Shown here: one piece after another, positions 37,731 through 47,854 of the stretch
Layout of the letters: every line of letters begins with the position of its first letter
Numbering within the stretch: position 1 is the first letter of the stretch
Assembly: GCA_044376115.1 (NCBI GenBank)
Contig: JBILLK010000023.1
Location: 64,001-128,000, forward strand
DNA length: 64,000 nt
DNA from: Polyangiaceae bacterium
GTDB taxonomy: Bacteria; Myxococcota_A; Polyangia; Polyangiales; Polyangiaceae
Direction: 5' to 3'
Translations under genes and position numbers: made by a program
The notes under the pieces: generated by a model
Told to the model about the DNA's origin: nothing
The model's database searches: none
Seen by the model: only the letters and a program-made list of their open reading frames with translations

Positions 37731-39106
37731 ATAAGCTACCGCGGCGGATCAAGCTCGGCTACGGCGCCGCTGAATTTGGAGTCCTCGCCTGCGAGACGTT
37801 GGCTCGGCTCAACGTGCTCAAGTTCTACACCGACGTCGTCGGTCTGCGCGCCGAATGGGCGGGCGCCGCTGCCGCGGTGGCGATCATTTGGGACGCCTTT
37901 GCGGATCTCGCGATCGGCCTCTTGTCGGACCGCACCAAGTCGAAGCTCGGCCGTCGAAGACCGTTCATGCTGGTGGGCGGCGTTCTCCTCGCCGTCTCGA
38001 TCGTGGTGCTGTTTCGTCCGCCGCTGCTCGATTCGCAGCTCGGTCGAGCGCTCATGCTCCTCTTGAGCTTCATCTTCATGAACACCGCGGTCTCGCTCTT
38101 GAGCGTGCCTCATACGGCGCTCGCGACCGAGCTGACCGACGACAGCAACGAACGCACCGAGCTCTTCGGCTATCGGCTGCTACTCGGCAACTTGGGGTTG
38201 CTCGCGGGCGCCATTCTCCCGGGTTGGGCGCTCGCACGGGCAACGGCAGGCGAGTTCACCGCGCGCGAGGCTTACGGCGTCGCGAGCGCTGCCGTTGGCG
38301 CGATCGTGCTTTCGACGGCGCTGATTAGCTTCGTGGCGACCCGTGGACGCGACATCGCCGCGCCCGATCCATCGCCGCTCGGCTTACGCTCGATGTTCAA
38401 CTCAGCCCGCTCGGTGCTTGCGGACCTCACCTTTCGGCCGCTGCTCTTGGCCTATGTGGTAGCCCAGCTCGGGGTCGCGATCAATGGCACCTTCGCCCTC
38501 TACTATTACGAGTACCGGCTCGAGCTCAGCGCGGAACAAGTGAGCCTGGTGCTCGGGCTGTTCGTGACAGCGTGGAGCCTCTCGATTCCAGCGTGGGTCC
38601 TCGGCTCACGACGCTGGGGCAAGCGCTGGCTCGCCTTTGGCGGCATCAGCCTGCTCGGCCTGGTGACGGCGGTGATCTACTTGGTGGCACCGCCGCGAGC
38701 GCTCTTCTTGCCGCTGACGATCGCGGTCGTCGGGGGTGCGCTGGCCGGATCGATCGTGCTTTTGGAGGCGTTGGTCGCCGACGTGGTGGACGTGGATAGG
38801 CTGCTCCGCCGAGGTCAGCGCGAAGGGCTCTACTTCGGTGTTTGGAAGATGGCCGCCAAGATCGCGCGCGGGCTGGCCGTGGCCGGCTCGGGGTTGTTGC
38901 TCGGGCTGATAGGCTTCGTGCCCAACGTGCCGCAGACACCGGAAGTTGGTGAGCGTCTGGCGTGGCTGTTTGGGCCGGGCGTCGGGGCCTTCTTCATCGT
39001 TGGTGCGTTCATCTTCCTCAGCTCCCCGCTGACCGACGCCAAACAAGCGCGCGTGCAGCGCGCACTCGCGAAGCGTCGCAGGCTCGCCGAGCGATCGCAC
39101 GGCTGA
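37727..39106 (+). CDS. MFS transporter, glycoside-pentoside-hexuronide family
   Basis: FYTDVVGL, WDAFAD, SDRTKSKLGRRRPF, REGLYFG; about 12 TM helices. Confidence 0.9.
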   Translation: MNKLPRRIKLGYGAAEFGVLACETLARLNVLKFYTDVVGLRAEWAGAAAAVAIIWDAFADLAIGLLSDRTKSKLGRRRPFMLVGGVLLAVSIVVLFRPPLLDSQLGRALMLLLSFIFMNTAVSLLSVPHTALATELTDDSNERTELFGYRLLLGNLGLLAGAILPGWALARATAGEFTAREAYGVASAAVGAIVLSTALISFVATRGRDIAAPDPSPLGLRSMFNSARSVLADLTFRPLLLAYVVAQLGVAINGTFALYYYEYRLELSAEQVSLVLGLFVTAWSLSIPAWVLGSRRWGKRWLAFGGISLLGLVTAVIYLVAPPRALFLPLTIAVVGGALAGSIVLLEALVADVVDVDRLLRRGQREGLYFGVWKMAAKIARGLAVAGSGLLLGLIGFVPNVPQTPEVGERLAWLFGPGVGAFFIVGAFIFLSSPLTDAKQARVQRALAKRRRLAERSHG

Positions 39107-39226
39107 GGTCTTTCATTCGCAATTCTGCGAATCGAAGTCTCAGCCATGCACGGGAACCGGGAGCAACGTGCTGCGTAGACAGGCCGGCTCGTGCCCACGT
39201 TCGGGGCACGACGAAAGGACGTCATC

Positions 39227-39703
39227 ATGATCAAAGTCGCGGCTCTCTTCTCCCTCGTTGCTCTCACCGCCTGTGATGCCCAAGCCATGATTGAGGCGGC
39301 CGCAAGCCAGGCGGCAAGTCAAGCTGCTAGCGCGACACCTGCCGGGCAGGATCCACGCGCGGCTGCGGCCGCGCCGGTTGATCCGCTCGACGATAGCGGA
39401 AAAGCATTGGCGATCTGTGACCGCACCAAGACCGAGATCAAGACCTGCGTCGAGTACTACGACCTCGGGCTGGCCGAGGAAGTCGACAAGCAGTCGTGCG
39501 AGTCGGAACCGAACAAAGGCGTTTGGCGCAAAGGCCAAGCGTGTCCCAAGGAGGGCCGCGTGGATGTTTGTCGAACCGACACAACCCGCGCCATCAACTA
39601 CCTGCCCCAGCGCCCCGAAGATGACGCGCTCTGTGAGAGCGTGCGGCTTGGCAAGCTCGCCCGCTATCCAAAGGCGAGCGCTGCGAACGCGAAGAAGAAG
39701 TGA
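39227..39703 (+). CDS. Cys-rich hypothetical lipoprotein
   Basis: Lipobox LTA-C; AAGGA ribosome site. Confidence 0.65.
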   Translation: MIKVAALFSLVALTACDAQAMIEAAASQAASQAASATPAGQDPRAAAAAPVDPLDDSGKALAICDRTKTEIKTCVEYYDLGLAEEVDKQSCESEPNKGVWRKGQACPKEGRVDVCRTDTTRAINYLPQRPEDDALCESVRLGKLARYPKASAANAKKK

Positions 39704-39843
39704 CGTAACGACGGTTGCCTTTACGCTCGGCGCAAGATCGATCGCCAACGGCAAATCGGAGGGCGACCTCGACTGCGCCTTGCGCTGCAGCACCTTGAGG
39801 CCCATAGTCCGCTGGCATCAACGGCTGTCGGGCGTGACGGTGG

Positions 39844-42174
39844 ATGCGATCGAAGCCTTCGTTTCCGCGCTCACACGGAGGCTCTATCAATCAATCTATC
39901 GGCGTGCCCATCCGCACGGTCGCCATGCTGGGCAATCATTTGCCGCGTCGCTGCGGAATCGCGACCTTCACGACCGACCTCGCTGAGGCCATCAGCAGCA
40001 GGTTCACGGAAGTGGATTGCTTCGTCCTGGCCATGAATGACCCTGGGAAGACCCACAGCTACCCGCCGCGCGTTCGCTTTGAGGTAGCTGAGAGCGATCT
40101 CACCTCGTATCGCCGCGCAGCCGACTTCCTCAACGTGAACGAGGTGGACGTCGTCTCGGTTCAGCATGAGTTTGGCATCTTCGGTGGGAAGGCCGGTGCG
40201 CACGTGCTCGAGCTCTTGCGCGAACTGCGCATGCCGATCGTGACCACGCTTCACACGATCCTCGCGGAGCCCGCACCTCACCAGCGAGCAGCGATGCAGG
40301 AGCTTGCGACGCTGTCCGACCGTCTGGTGGTGATGAGCTCGCACGGTGCGCAGATCCTCGCGGATGTTTATGGCATCCCAAGCGAGCGGGTCGACCTCGT
40401 ACCGCACGGTATTCCAACGGCGCCCGTGCTCGCCGGCAGCAAGTCGCGGCTCGGGGTCGAGGGCAAATCGCTGATTCTCACCTTCGGCCTGCTCTCACCC
40501 GACAAAGGCATCGAGAACGTGATCGACGCGTTGCCGGCGATCGTGGCGCAGTGTCCCGACGCAATCTACCTCGTACTCGGCGCAACCCACCCCCACGTAC
40601 GCGAGCGCGAGGGCGAGACCTACCGCTTGGCGCTCAAGTCGCGAGCCAAACGCTTGGGTGTGGACGCGCATGTGATCTTCCACGATCGCTTCGTTACACA
40701 GGCTGAGCTCAACGACTTTCTGGCCGCCGCAGACATCTACATCACGCCGTACCTCAAGCCAGAGCAGATCACCTCCGGCACGCTGGCTTACGCCGTCGGC
40801 GCCGGAAAGGCGGTCGTCTCGACGCCCTATTCGTACGCTCGAGAGCTCTTGGCCGACGGCCGCGGAGTGCTCGTTCCTTGGCGCGATCCAGCTGCGATTG
40901 CTCGAGAGATCATCGACTTGCTGCAGGACGACGATAAGCGCAAGCAGCTCTCCCTGCGCGCGAGCTTGTATGGCCAAAGCATGGTCTGGCCAACGGTTGC
41001 GCAGCGTTACTTCGATAGCTTCGAGCGCGCGCGCATCGAGAACGCCGACAAGAAGCGCACCGCCTTCCGCGCGAAGACGCTGGCCATGCGGCCGGTCGAG
41101 CTGCCGGAGAACAACCTCGAACACCTGCGCACGATGACTGACTCGACCGGCATCGTGCAGCACGCCGCCTTCAACGTGCCTCGCAACGAAGATGGCTACT
41201 GCATCGACGACAACGCGCGCGCGCTCTTGTTGATGACCTTGATCGAGGATGCTGGAAGTGAAGACAGGACCTCCGTTCGGCGGCTCTCGTCACGCTATCT
41301 CGCCTTCGTGCGCCATGCGTTCAATGAGGAGGCCGGGCGCTTTCGCAACTTCATGACCTACGGCCGGGCCTGGACCGAAGAGGTCGGCTCGGAAGACTGC
41401 CACGGCCGGGCGATCTGGGCGCTGGGCGCGCTGGTCGGTCGCTCGCGGGATCCGGGCCGGCAGAGCCTGGCGGGCGCACTCTTTCACGCGGCCTTGCCGG
41501 CGCTGCGCAGCTTCAGCTCGCCGCGAGCCTGGGCCTTTGGGCTGCTCGGGATCGACGAGTATCTGAAGGCATTCCACGGCGACACCAACGTTCAAGCGGT
41601 CAGGAACAACCTCGCGTCGCGGCTGCTCGATCTGCTGACCCGCGTTCGAGCGCTCGATTGGGTGTGGTTCGAGGACAGCGTGACCTACGACAACGCACGA
41701 TTGTCGCAGGCGTTGATCACCGCTGGAGCTGGCATGGAGAACGAGGAGATGACGAGCGCTGGGCTCGCTTCGCTCGAATGGTTGACCAACGCCCAACGCA
41801 GCGATGCAGGGCTCTTTTCTCCCATCGGTTCGAATGGGTTTTGGAAGCGCGGTGAGCCGATGCCGCTCTTCGATCAGCAGCCGGTGGAGGCCGGCGCAAC
41901 CGTATCGGCCTGTCTCGAGGCCCGTCGCGTGAGCGGCGATCTCAAATGGCTCGTCCGAGCCCAGCGTGCTTTCAGCTGGTTTCTCGGCCAAAATGTGTTG
42001 CAACAGTCTCTCTATGACGCCTCGAGTGGAGGCTGCAGAGATGGCTTGCACGCAGATCGCGTGAACGAAAATCAGGGCGCCGAGTCCAGCTTGGCGTTCC
42101 AACTCGCATTGCTTGAGATGCGTGAAGTCGATCGAGCTCCAGCCTCCAGCTGGACCAGTGAGGCCAAACGATGA
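39844..42174 (+). CDS. GT4 glycosyltransferase fused to a six-hairpin glycosidase-like domain
   Basis: PRRCGIATFT, QHEFGIFGG, DKGIE, QITSGTLAYA; C-terminal GYCIDDNARAL, YDNARL, FDQQPVEA, NENQGAES. Confidence 0.88.
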   Translation: MRSKPSFPRSHGGSINQSIGVPIRTVAMLGNHLPRRCGIATFTTDLAEAISSRFTEVDCFVLAMNDPGKTHSYPPRVRFEVAESDLTSYRRAADFLNVNEVDVVSVQHEFGIFGGKAGAHVLELLRELRMPIVTTLHTILAEPAPHQRAAMQELATLSDRLVVMSSHGAQILADVYGIPSERVDLVPHGIPTAPVLAGSKSRLGVEGKSLILTFGLLSPDKGIENVIDALPAIVAQCPDAIYLVLGATHPHVREREGETYRLALKSRAKRLGVDAHVIFHDRFVTQAELNDFLAAADIYITPYLKPEQITSGTLAYAVGAGKAVVSTPYSYARELLADGRGVLVPWRDPAAIAREIIDLLQDDDKRKQLSLRASLYGQSMVWPTVAQRYFDSFERARIENADKKRTAFRAKTLAMRPVELPENNLEHLRTMTDSTGIVQHAAFNVPRNEDGYCIDDNARALLLMTLIEDAGSEDRTSVRRLSSRYLAFVRHAFNEEAGRFRNFMTYGRAWTEEVGSEDCHGRAIWALGALVGRSRDPGRQSLAGALFHAALPALRSFSSPRAWAFGLLGIDEYLKAFHGDTNVQAVRNNLASRLLDLLTRVRALDWVWFEDSVTYDNARLSQALITAGAGMENEEMTSAGLASLEWLTNAQRSDAGLFSPIGSNGFWKRGEPMPLFDQQPVEAGATVSACLEARRVSGDLKWLVRAQRAFSWFLGQNVLQQSLYDASSGGCRDGLHADRVNENQGAESSLAFQLALLEMREVDRAPASSWTSEAKR

Positions 42175-43178
42175 AAGCGTATCAATCGCTGCTAACGCGG
42201 CATGCAAAGAACCCAATCCTCACCGCTGCGGATTGGCCCTACCCCGTTCACAGCGTTTTCAACCCAGGAGCCACGCTGCTCAAAGACGGGACCACGCTGC
42301 TGCTCTGTCGCGTGGAGGATCGTCGCGGGCACTCGCACCTGTGCGCCGCACGCTCGCAGAACGGCTTCGATGGCTGGGTGATCGATGAGCAGCCAACCAT
42401 GCTACCCAGCCCTGATGAGTACCCCGACGAATTCTGGGGCATTGAAGATCCGCGGATAACCTACATGGAGGGTCTGCAGCGCTACGCGATCGCGTACACC
42501 GCGTTCTCGCGCGGTGGTCCCGGTGTGGCGTTAGCGCTGACCTCCGACTTCAAGACCTTCGAGCGGCTCGGGCTCGTGATGCAGCCCGATGACAAAGACG
42601 CAGCCCTCTTGCCGCGCAAAATCGACGGCAGCTATGCACTCTTGCATCGACCGCTAACCGACCTAGGCGCACACATTTGGCTCTCGTACTCCCCCGACTT
42701 GCGCAACTGGGGGAGCCACAAGCTCATTCTTCAGGCTCGCAAGGGCGCATGGTGGGACGCCAACAAGGTTGGGCTATCCCCGCCGTTGATCGAGACAAAG
42801 GAGGGCTGGCTGATGATGTACCACGGCGTGCGTCACACAGCGTCGGGATGCCTGTATCGCTTGGGGCTCGCGCTGTTCGAACTGGAGCACCCGGAGCACT
42901 GCCTGCTGCGCGGCGACTCGTGGATCTTTGGGCCGGAGACCGCCTATGAACGAGAGGGCGACGTCGGCAATGTCACCTTCCCATGCGGGACGACGCTGGC
43001 GCCCGACGGCGATACGCTCAACGTCTATTACGGCGCCGCCGACAGCTGCATCGCGCTCGCAACCGGCAGCATCCGCGCGATGTTGAAGTGGCTGCATGAA
43101 AACGGCTCGATACCCCTGGAACAACGCTCTCCAGAGCACAGCGTCAAGTCGATCCCCCCGAGCTTCCCGACGCCCTGA
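42171..43178 (+). CDS. GH130-family glycoside hydrolase/phosphorylase
   Basis: VFNPGA, GIEDPRIT, DKDAAL, HRP, KVG, YHG, GDVGNVTFP, YYGAAD. Confidence 0.88.
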   Translation: MKAYQSLLTRHAKNPILTAADWPYPVHSVFNPGATLLKDGTTLLLCRVEDRRGHSHLCAARSQNGFDGWVIDEQPTMLPSPDEYPDEFWGIEDPRITYMEGLQRYAIAYTAFSRGGPGVALALTSDFKTFERLGLVMQPDDKDAALLPRKIDGSYALLHRPLTDLGAHIWLSYSPDLRNWGSHKLILQARKGAWWDANKVGLSPPLIETKEGWLMMYHGVRHTASGCLYRLGLALFELEHPEHCLLRGDSWIFGPETAYEREGDVGNVTFPCGTTLAPDGDTLNVYYGAADSCIALATGSIRAMLKWLHENGSIPLEQRSPEHSVKSIPPSFPTP

Positions 43179-43201
43179 GCGCGGGCTGCTAGCGTGGCGG
43201 C

Positions 43202-43909
43202 GTGCAATCCGACCACTCCGAGGAGCAAGCTCGCATCTATCAGACCCAGGCCGAACTCTACGATGAGCTGATCGCAGCAGAGGACGCCGACGGCGCGCTG
43301 CAGCTCGAGCTCGCCCGCCACGACATTCTCGATGTCGGCGCCGGCACGGGTCGCATCTCGCGGCTGCTCGCCGACAAGGCGCGCAGCCTCACGCTCGTGG
43401 ATCGAGCGGGCCCGATGTTGGCGGTCGCCAGGCGACACCTACAACGCTTGGGCACGCCGTTTTCGGTGCATGAGGCCGACGCGCAGGACCTCCCTCTCGC
43501 CAGCGCTGGCTTTGATTTGGCGGTGGCCGGCTGGGTGTTCGGCCACTTCCGTCATTGGATGCCCGACGGCTGGCGAGCCGAAGTCTCGCGCGCAGTGGCC
43601 GAGATGCGTCGCGTGGTACGGCCCGGCGGTACGCTTTTGGTGATCGAGACGCTGGGTACTGGGCATGAGCAACCGCGTAAGCACGCTGGGCTCGACGAGT
43701 ACTTCGATGAGCTCGCGGCGCTCGGCTTTGACAAGCACTGGATTCGAACCGACTACGAGTTTGCTTCGGTCGCCGAGGCGGTCCGCATTTGTGGGGCCTT
43801 CTTCGGTCCCGAACTGATCGCGACGATCGAGCAACGACGCTGGGTTCGTGTGCCCGAGTGCACGGCTGTATTTGTGAGTCAGCAGCCGCCCGCAGCATTC
43901 GGACCTTGA
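43202..43909 (+). CDS. Class I SAM-dependent methyltransferase
   Basis: ILDVGAGTG, ADAQDLPL, FDL, RVVRPGG. Confidence 0.88.
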   Translation: MQSDHSEEQARIYQTQAELYDELIAAEDADGALQLELARHDILDVGAGTGRISRLLADKARSLTLVDRAGPMLAVARRHLQRLGTPFSVHEADAQDLPLASAGFDLAVAGWVFGHFRHWMPDGWRAEVSRAVAEMRRVVRPGGTLLVIETLGTGHEQPRKHAGLDEYFDELAALGFDKHWIRTDYEFASVAEAVRICGAFFGPELIATIEQRRWVRVPECTAVFVSQQPPAAFGP

Positions 43910-43940
43910 AAGCCGGCTGCGAGCGCCGAACAATGCGGCG

Positions 43941-44936
43941 ATGCAAATTTCTTCGGAGCTGACTGCACGACACACGGCACGGCGCGGAGTGCCGATGGGA
44001 CTCGCAGCGCTAGCGATGCTCGTGGCTTGCACGTCGTCGAGGACCAACTCGAGGCCGCCTCCCATCTGCCAATTTCCAGGACAAATGGGCTGTGTTCCAC
44101 CCAACTATGGGAACGCGCCAGCGCTGCCTCCCCAGGTCTGTCAGCAGAATCCGAATCAACCGGGCTGCCAGCCCAACTACGGCCAGCCCAATTACGGCGG
44201 TTACCCGCCGCCGGGCGGCGTGCAGCAACCTGGGCCGCAACCTTCCTACCCGCGGACCGGCGGACCGGGTTACCCCGGTCGCATGCCTTACCCTTACCCC
44301 GCGCCCGGGCCTTACCCTCAGCAGCAGCAAACCCCCGGTTCATTCCTGCTGCCCAGCGCAACGCCGGTGCCCGCTCCATCCGCATCTCCGGCGGCGCCGC
44401 CGCCTCCCACCGTGGTCACCACGCTTTCGCAAGAGAAGCAGAACTGCCTCGGTGAAAACGGCAGCGAAGAAGATTGCACGACGGCGCTCAAGCAGTTGGC
44501 CGATGGCAACGCCAGCGGCAGCGAGAACGACGCCGTCCTCGTTTACGAAAAGGCGTGCGCCAAGAAAGCGAAGTTGCTCGGCTGCGGAGCCTTCAAGTCG
44601 CAAGCGGTTACCACCGAGGATCGACCGACGATCGGGCTCTTGGGGCTGTGTGAGTTCGGCCGTTACGAGGCCTGCGAAGACGTCGCGACCAAAGCGCCGC
44701 CGCTGAAGGCTTGGCTTATCAACCTCAAGGAGAGCGGCTGCAAGAAAGGCGCAACTGCGCTGTGTAAGAACTTCAAAGCCTGCAAGGCGAAGACGGATTG
44801 GGGCTGCAAACCAGCTGGTTCGGGCTCCGAGGTGTGCGGCTGCGTTCCGCAGTGCAGCGGCACCTTGAGCGTAACCGCCGGTACGCGCAGCTGGCCCGAC
44901 GGTTCGAAGCGCGGCGTGTTCGCCTGCGAACCATGA
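43941..44936 (+). CDS. Pro/Gln-rich lipoprotein with a Cys-rich C-terminal region
   Basis: Lipobox LVA-C; QPNYG repeats; many paired Cys. Confidence 0.65.
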   Translation: MQISSELTARHTARRGVPMGLAALAMLVACTSSRTNSRPPPICQFPGQMGCVPPNYGNAPALPPQVCQQNPNQPGCQPNYGQPNYGGYPPPGGVQQPGPQPSYPRTGGPGYPGRMPYPYPAPGPYPQQQQTPGSFLLPSATPVPAPSASPAAPPPPTVVTTLSQEKQNCLGENGSEEDCTTALKQLADGNASGSENDAVLVYEKACAKKAKLLGCGAFKSQAVTTEDRPTIGLLGLCEFGRYEACEDVATKAPPLKAWLINLKESGCKKGATALCKNFKACKAKTDWGCKPAGSGSEVCGCVPQCSGTLSVTAGTRSWPDGSKRGVFACEP

Positions 44937-45964
44937 AGGGCATCCAGCTTCGACGGCGTCGAGCACTCTCGCTCGCGGCGCTGGTGCTGCTTGGTTGTGG
45001 CAACGCGGAGTCGAGTCGACGTCCACCGCTGGGTAAGCCGAGCGACGCGCGCGTGACGCAGGTGCTGACAACCGCGTCGACGAGCGTGGCCACGATTTCA
45101 ACGACTGCGACAACGGCCTCGGCGCAGGTGCCCTCCACGCCGAGCAAACGCGGGATGCACGAACCGAGCGCTGAGTACCGTCAGCGTTACGCGTGGCTCG
45201 CGGCTGGCACCAACGTTCGAACGCTCGAAGACAGCTTTGATCCGCCGCCCGGCTATGCGCGCAAAGCGCTCCCGGCCGAAAGCTTCGGCGCGTTTCTTCG
45301 AGAGTTGCCGCTGCGCGCCGAGGGCACGCCGGTCAATACCTATGAACGCAAGCTGCTGCTGGAAGGCAGTGATCCGCGCATCGCAGCGGTGGCCGAGCTC
45401 GATTTAAGCTACGCCGACATTCAACAATGCGCCGACTCGGTGATTCGCCTGCACGCTGAGTGGCGATGGTCGCAGAACACCGCAGAGTCCGTGGGCTATC
45501 ACTTCCTCAGCGGGGACTACGCCAAGTGGAGCCGTTATCGTGAAGGCCAGCGCCCGAAGGTCGACGGCAACAAGGTGGCTTGGGTTGGCGGCCTCGCGTT
45601 GAAGAATGACCACGCTTCCTACCGCAAGTACCTCGACATGGTGTTCAACTATGCCAGCACCATTTCGCTCGCGGGCAAGTCGAGTCGAGCGGTCGAGCGC
45701 AGCGAGGTGCAAGCGGGGGACTTCTTCATTCTCCCCGGCGGCCCCGGTCACGTCATTCTGATCCTCGATCTGGCGGAGAACCCCGAAGGGAAACGGATGG
45801 CGCTGCTCGGTCAGGGGTACATGCCCGCGCAAGACTTCCAGGTGCTTCGTGGTGAACACGGCGGGTGGTTCGACCTGCAGGGTGACAGCGTCGATACGCC
45901 GTTTTGGCCGGTGCCCTTTCCTTGGTCCAGCCTGCATCGAATGAAGGAAGAAGCAGCCCCGTGA
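44933..45964 (+). CDS. DUF4846-like lipoprotein
   Basis: Lipobox LLG-C; PPPGYAR, IQQCADSVIRL, GGPGH, GYMPAQ. Confidence 0.78.
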   Translation: MKGIQLRRRRALSLAALVLLGCGNAESSRRPPLGKPSDARVTQVLTTASTSVATISTTATTASAQVPSTPSKRGMHEPSAEYRQRYAWLAAGTNVRTLEDSFDPPPGYARKALPAESFGAFLRELPLRAEGTPVNTYERKLLLEGSDPRIAAVAELDLSYADIQQCADSVIRLHAEWRWSQNTAESVGYHFLSGDYAKWSRYREGQRPKVDGNKVAWVGGLALKNDHASYRKYLDMVFNYASTISLAGKSSRAVERSEVQAGDFFILPGGPGHVILILDLAENPEGKRMALLGQGYMPAQDFQVLRGEHGGWFDLQGDSVDTPFWPVPFPWSSLHRMKEEAAP

Positions 45965-46488
45965 TGCTGCGCTTCGCGCTCGCAATCGCCCTCAGCGTGC
46001 CCCTGCTTGCGCCGCATGAGGCGCAAGCCGTGGAGCAGGAGTGGCATCTCGGCGGCGCCGCGAATTACGGCCTGCTGACCTTCGCGCGCGCACCTTCTCG
46101 CAACGGCTTCGGTGGCCAGCTGCTCGCGCGCTACGGCTTGAACGATGCGCTCGATCTCTCATTGAGCGCCGCAGCGATGAGCTTTCTCGAAGATGGGCGG
46201 TTGGTCTTTTCCGGTGCCGCCGGCGTGACCTACGTGGTGGACGTCCTGCGCTGGATCCCAACCGTCGGCGCGCATATCGGCGTGGTCGACATCCTGACCA
46301 CGCGCTGCGAAACCTTGCCCGAGCTCTGCTACCACGACATCCGGCCCACGGTGGGCGTACCCATCTCGCTCGAATATCGCGTGCTGCCGGAGCTGCCGGT
46401 GGGAGCGCGCTTCGAGCCGACCTTGCTCTTGTTCGGTGAACCCTCCTGGCTGCTCACCACGTCGCTGTACGGCGCGGTGGCCTTCTAA
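45961..46488 (+). CDS. Small outer-membrane beta-barrel protein
   Basis: Signal peptide; about 8 amphipathic strands; terminal Phe. Confidence 0.65.
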   Translation: MMLRFALAIALSVPLLAPHEAQAVEQEWHLGGAANYGLLTFARAPSRNGFGGQLLARYGLNDALDLSLSAAAMSFLEDGRLVFSGAAGVTYVVDVLRWIPTVGAHIGVVDILTTRCETLPELCYHDIRPTVGVPISLEYRVLPELPVGARFEPTLLLFGEPSWLLTTSLYGAVAF

Positions 46489-46509
46489 AGCGAATCGATA
46501 CGGCCCAGC

Positions 46510-47256
46510 ATGAGAGTTGGTCTTTCCGCGAGCATGATGCCGGCCGATCCGGCGCGAACGATCTTCAACGGCCGCCCGCTGCTCTTCGTCGAGCGCTCAC
46601 TCACCGAATGGCTCTCGGTTCCGGGCGTGAACGTGTACGTGCTGACCGAGTCGAGCCACGGCTACGAAGCGACGGCCGACGATCTCGACGGCTTGGTGTT
46701 ATCGGGCGGGGTGGATATTGCGCCGGGAGCCTATGGTGAGGTCGCACGACGTCCAGCGTGGGAGGGAGATCCGCGACGCGATGCCTACGAACTCGCGCTC
46801 TTTCGCGCGATGCTCGCTCGCGACAAGCCGGTGCTCGGCATATGCCGCGGCCATCAGTTGATCAACGTCGCGCTGGGTGGTTCGTTGCATCAGGACGTGC
46901 TCGAGGAGAGGCCGGGCGCGCTCGTGCACCGCGACGCCGTGCAATACGATCGCAATCAGCACGACATCCTATTGCAGCCGGAGGGCGCACTTGCGCGGCT
47001 GTATCCGGGGGTTGCGCGCGCGCGCGTAAACACGGTGCACCATCAGGCGGTGAATCGCTTGGGCGAGGGCTTGGTGATCGACGCGCTCTCGGCAGAAGAC
47101 GGCGTAGTCGAGGCGATCAGCCTGCCTGGCCGGAGCTTCATTCGCGGAATCCAGTGGCACCCCGAGTTTCAGGATCCAGAGGCCAGTCATCGCTTGGACA
47201 ACGGGGTCCTTCGCGAGGCCTTCTTCAGCGCAGTTGGCGCTCGGCGCGCAGGCTGA
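46510..47256 (+). CDS. Class I glutamine amidotransferase-like peptidase C26 (PuuD family)
   Basis: DGLVLSGGVD, LGICRGHQ, NTVHHQ, QWHPE. Confidence 0.9.
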   Translation: MRVGLSASMMPADPARTIFNGRPLLFVERSLTEWLSVPGVNVYVLTESSHGYEATADDLDGLVLSGGVDIAPGAYGEVARRPAWEGDPRRDAYELALFRAMLARDKPVLGICRGHQLINVALGGSLHQDVLEERPGALVHRDAVQYDRNQHDILLQPEGALARLYPGVARARVNTVHHQAVNRLGEGLVIDALSAEDGVVEAISLPGRSFIRGIQWHPEFQDPEASHRLDNGVLREAFFSAVGARRAG

Positions 47257-47319
47257 CCGCAGGGTCACGTCGTAGGTTTTGTGGCGAGCGACGTCGCATC
47301 ATGGCACCATGCCGCCCTG

Positions 47320-47742
47320 ATGCTCGACCTTCGTTCTTCGCGCAAAGCACAGTCACTTCTCGTCGTCGTGGGCCTGCTGACGAGCTCGCTCGTCGGCTGC
47401 AAGAAGGAGGAAGAGAGCGAGGCGCCCATCAAGCGCAAGTCGACCTCCGAGCAGACGTCCACCTCCACCGCGGCGGCCCCTGCGCCCGCGCCCGCCCCGC
47501 TGCCACCGACCCCAACACCTACGCCGACGCCGACCCCCGAGGCCACGACGACCACCACCACGACGGCCACCGGCACCACCACCACCACCGCCACGGGTAC
47601 CACGACAACGACGGCTCCGTCAGCGACCGGCTCAACCTCCGGCGCGAAGCCTGGTTTCCCGGTGATTCCCACCGCGATCCCGACCACGATTCCGCCGATC
47701 CCCACCGGGCTGCCCATCCCGAAGTTCCCTGGCAGCAAGTGA
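47320..47742 (+). CDS. Pro/Thr-rich low-complexity lipoprotein
   Basis: Lipobox LVG-C; PT and poly-Thr tracts. Confidence 0.65.
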   Translation: MLDLRSSRKAQSLLVVVGLLTSSLVGCKKEEESEAPIKRKSTSEQTSTSTAAAPAPAPAPLPPTPTPTPTPTPEATTTTTTTATGTTTTTATGTTTTTAPSATGSTSGAKPGFPVIPTAIPTTIPPIPTGLPIPKFPGSK

Positions 47743-47854
47743 GTCTTGGGCGCAGGTTCGTTCCTGATCTCCTACTTGTTATGCCGAGCCTTCAGCACTT
47801 TTGATCGGCAAGCGGCCCGCTACGCATAAACTCAAGGGCAGAACGGAGGAGCGA

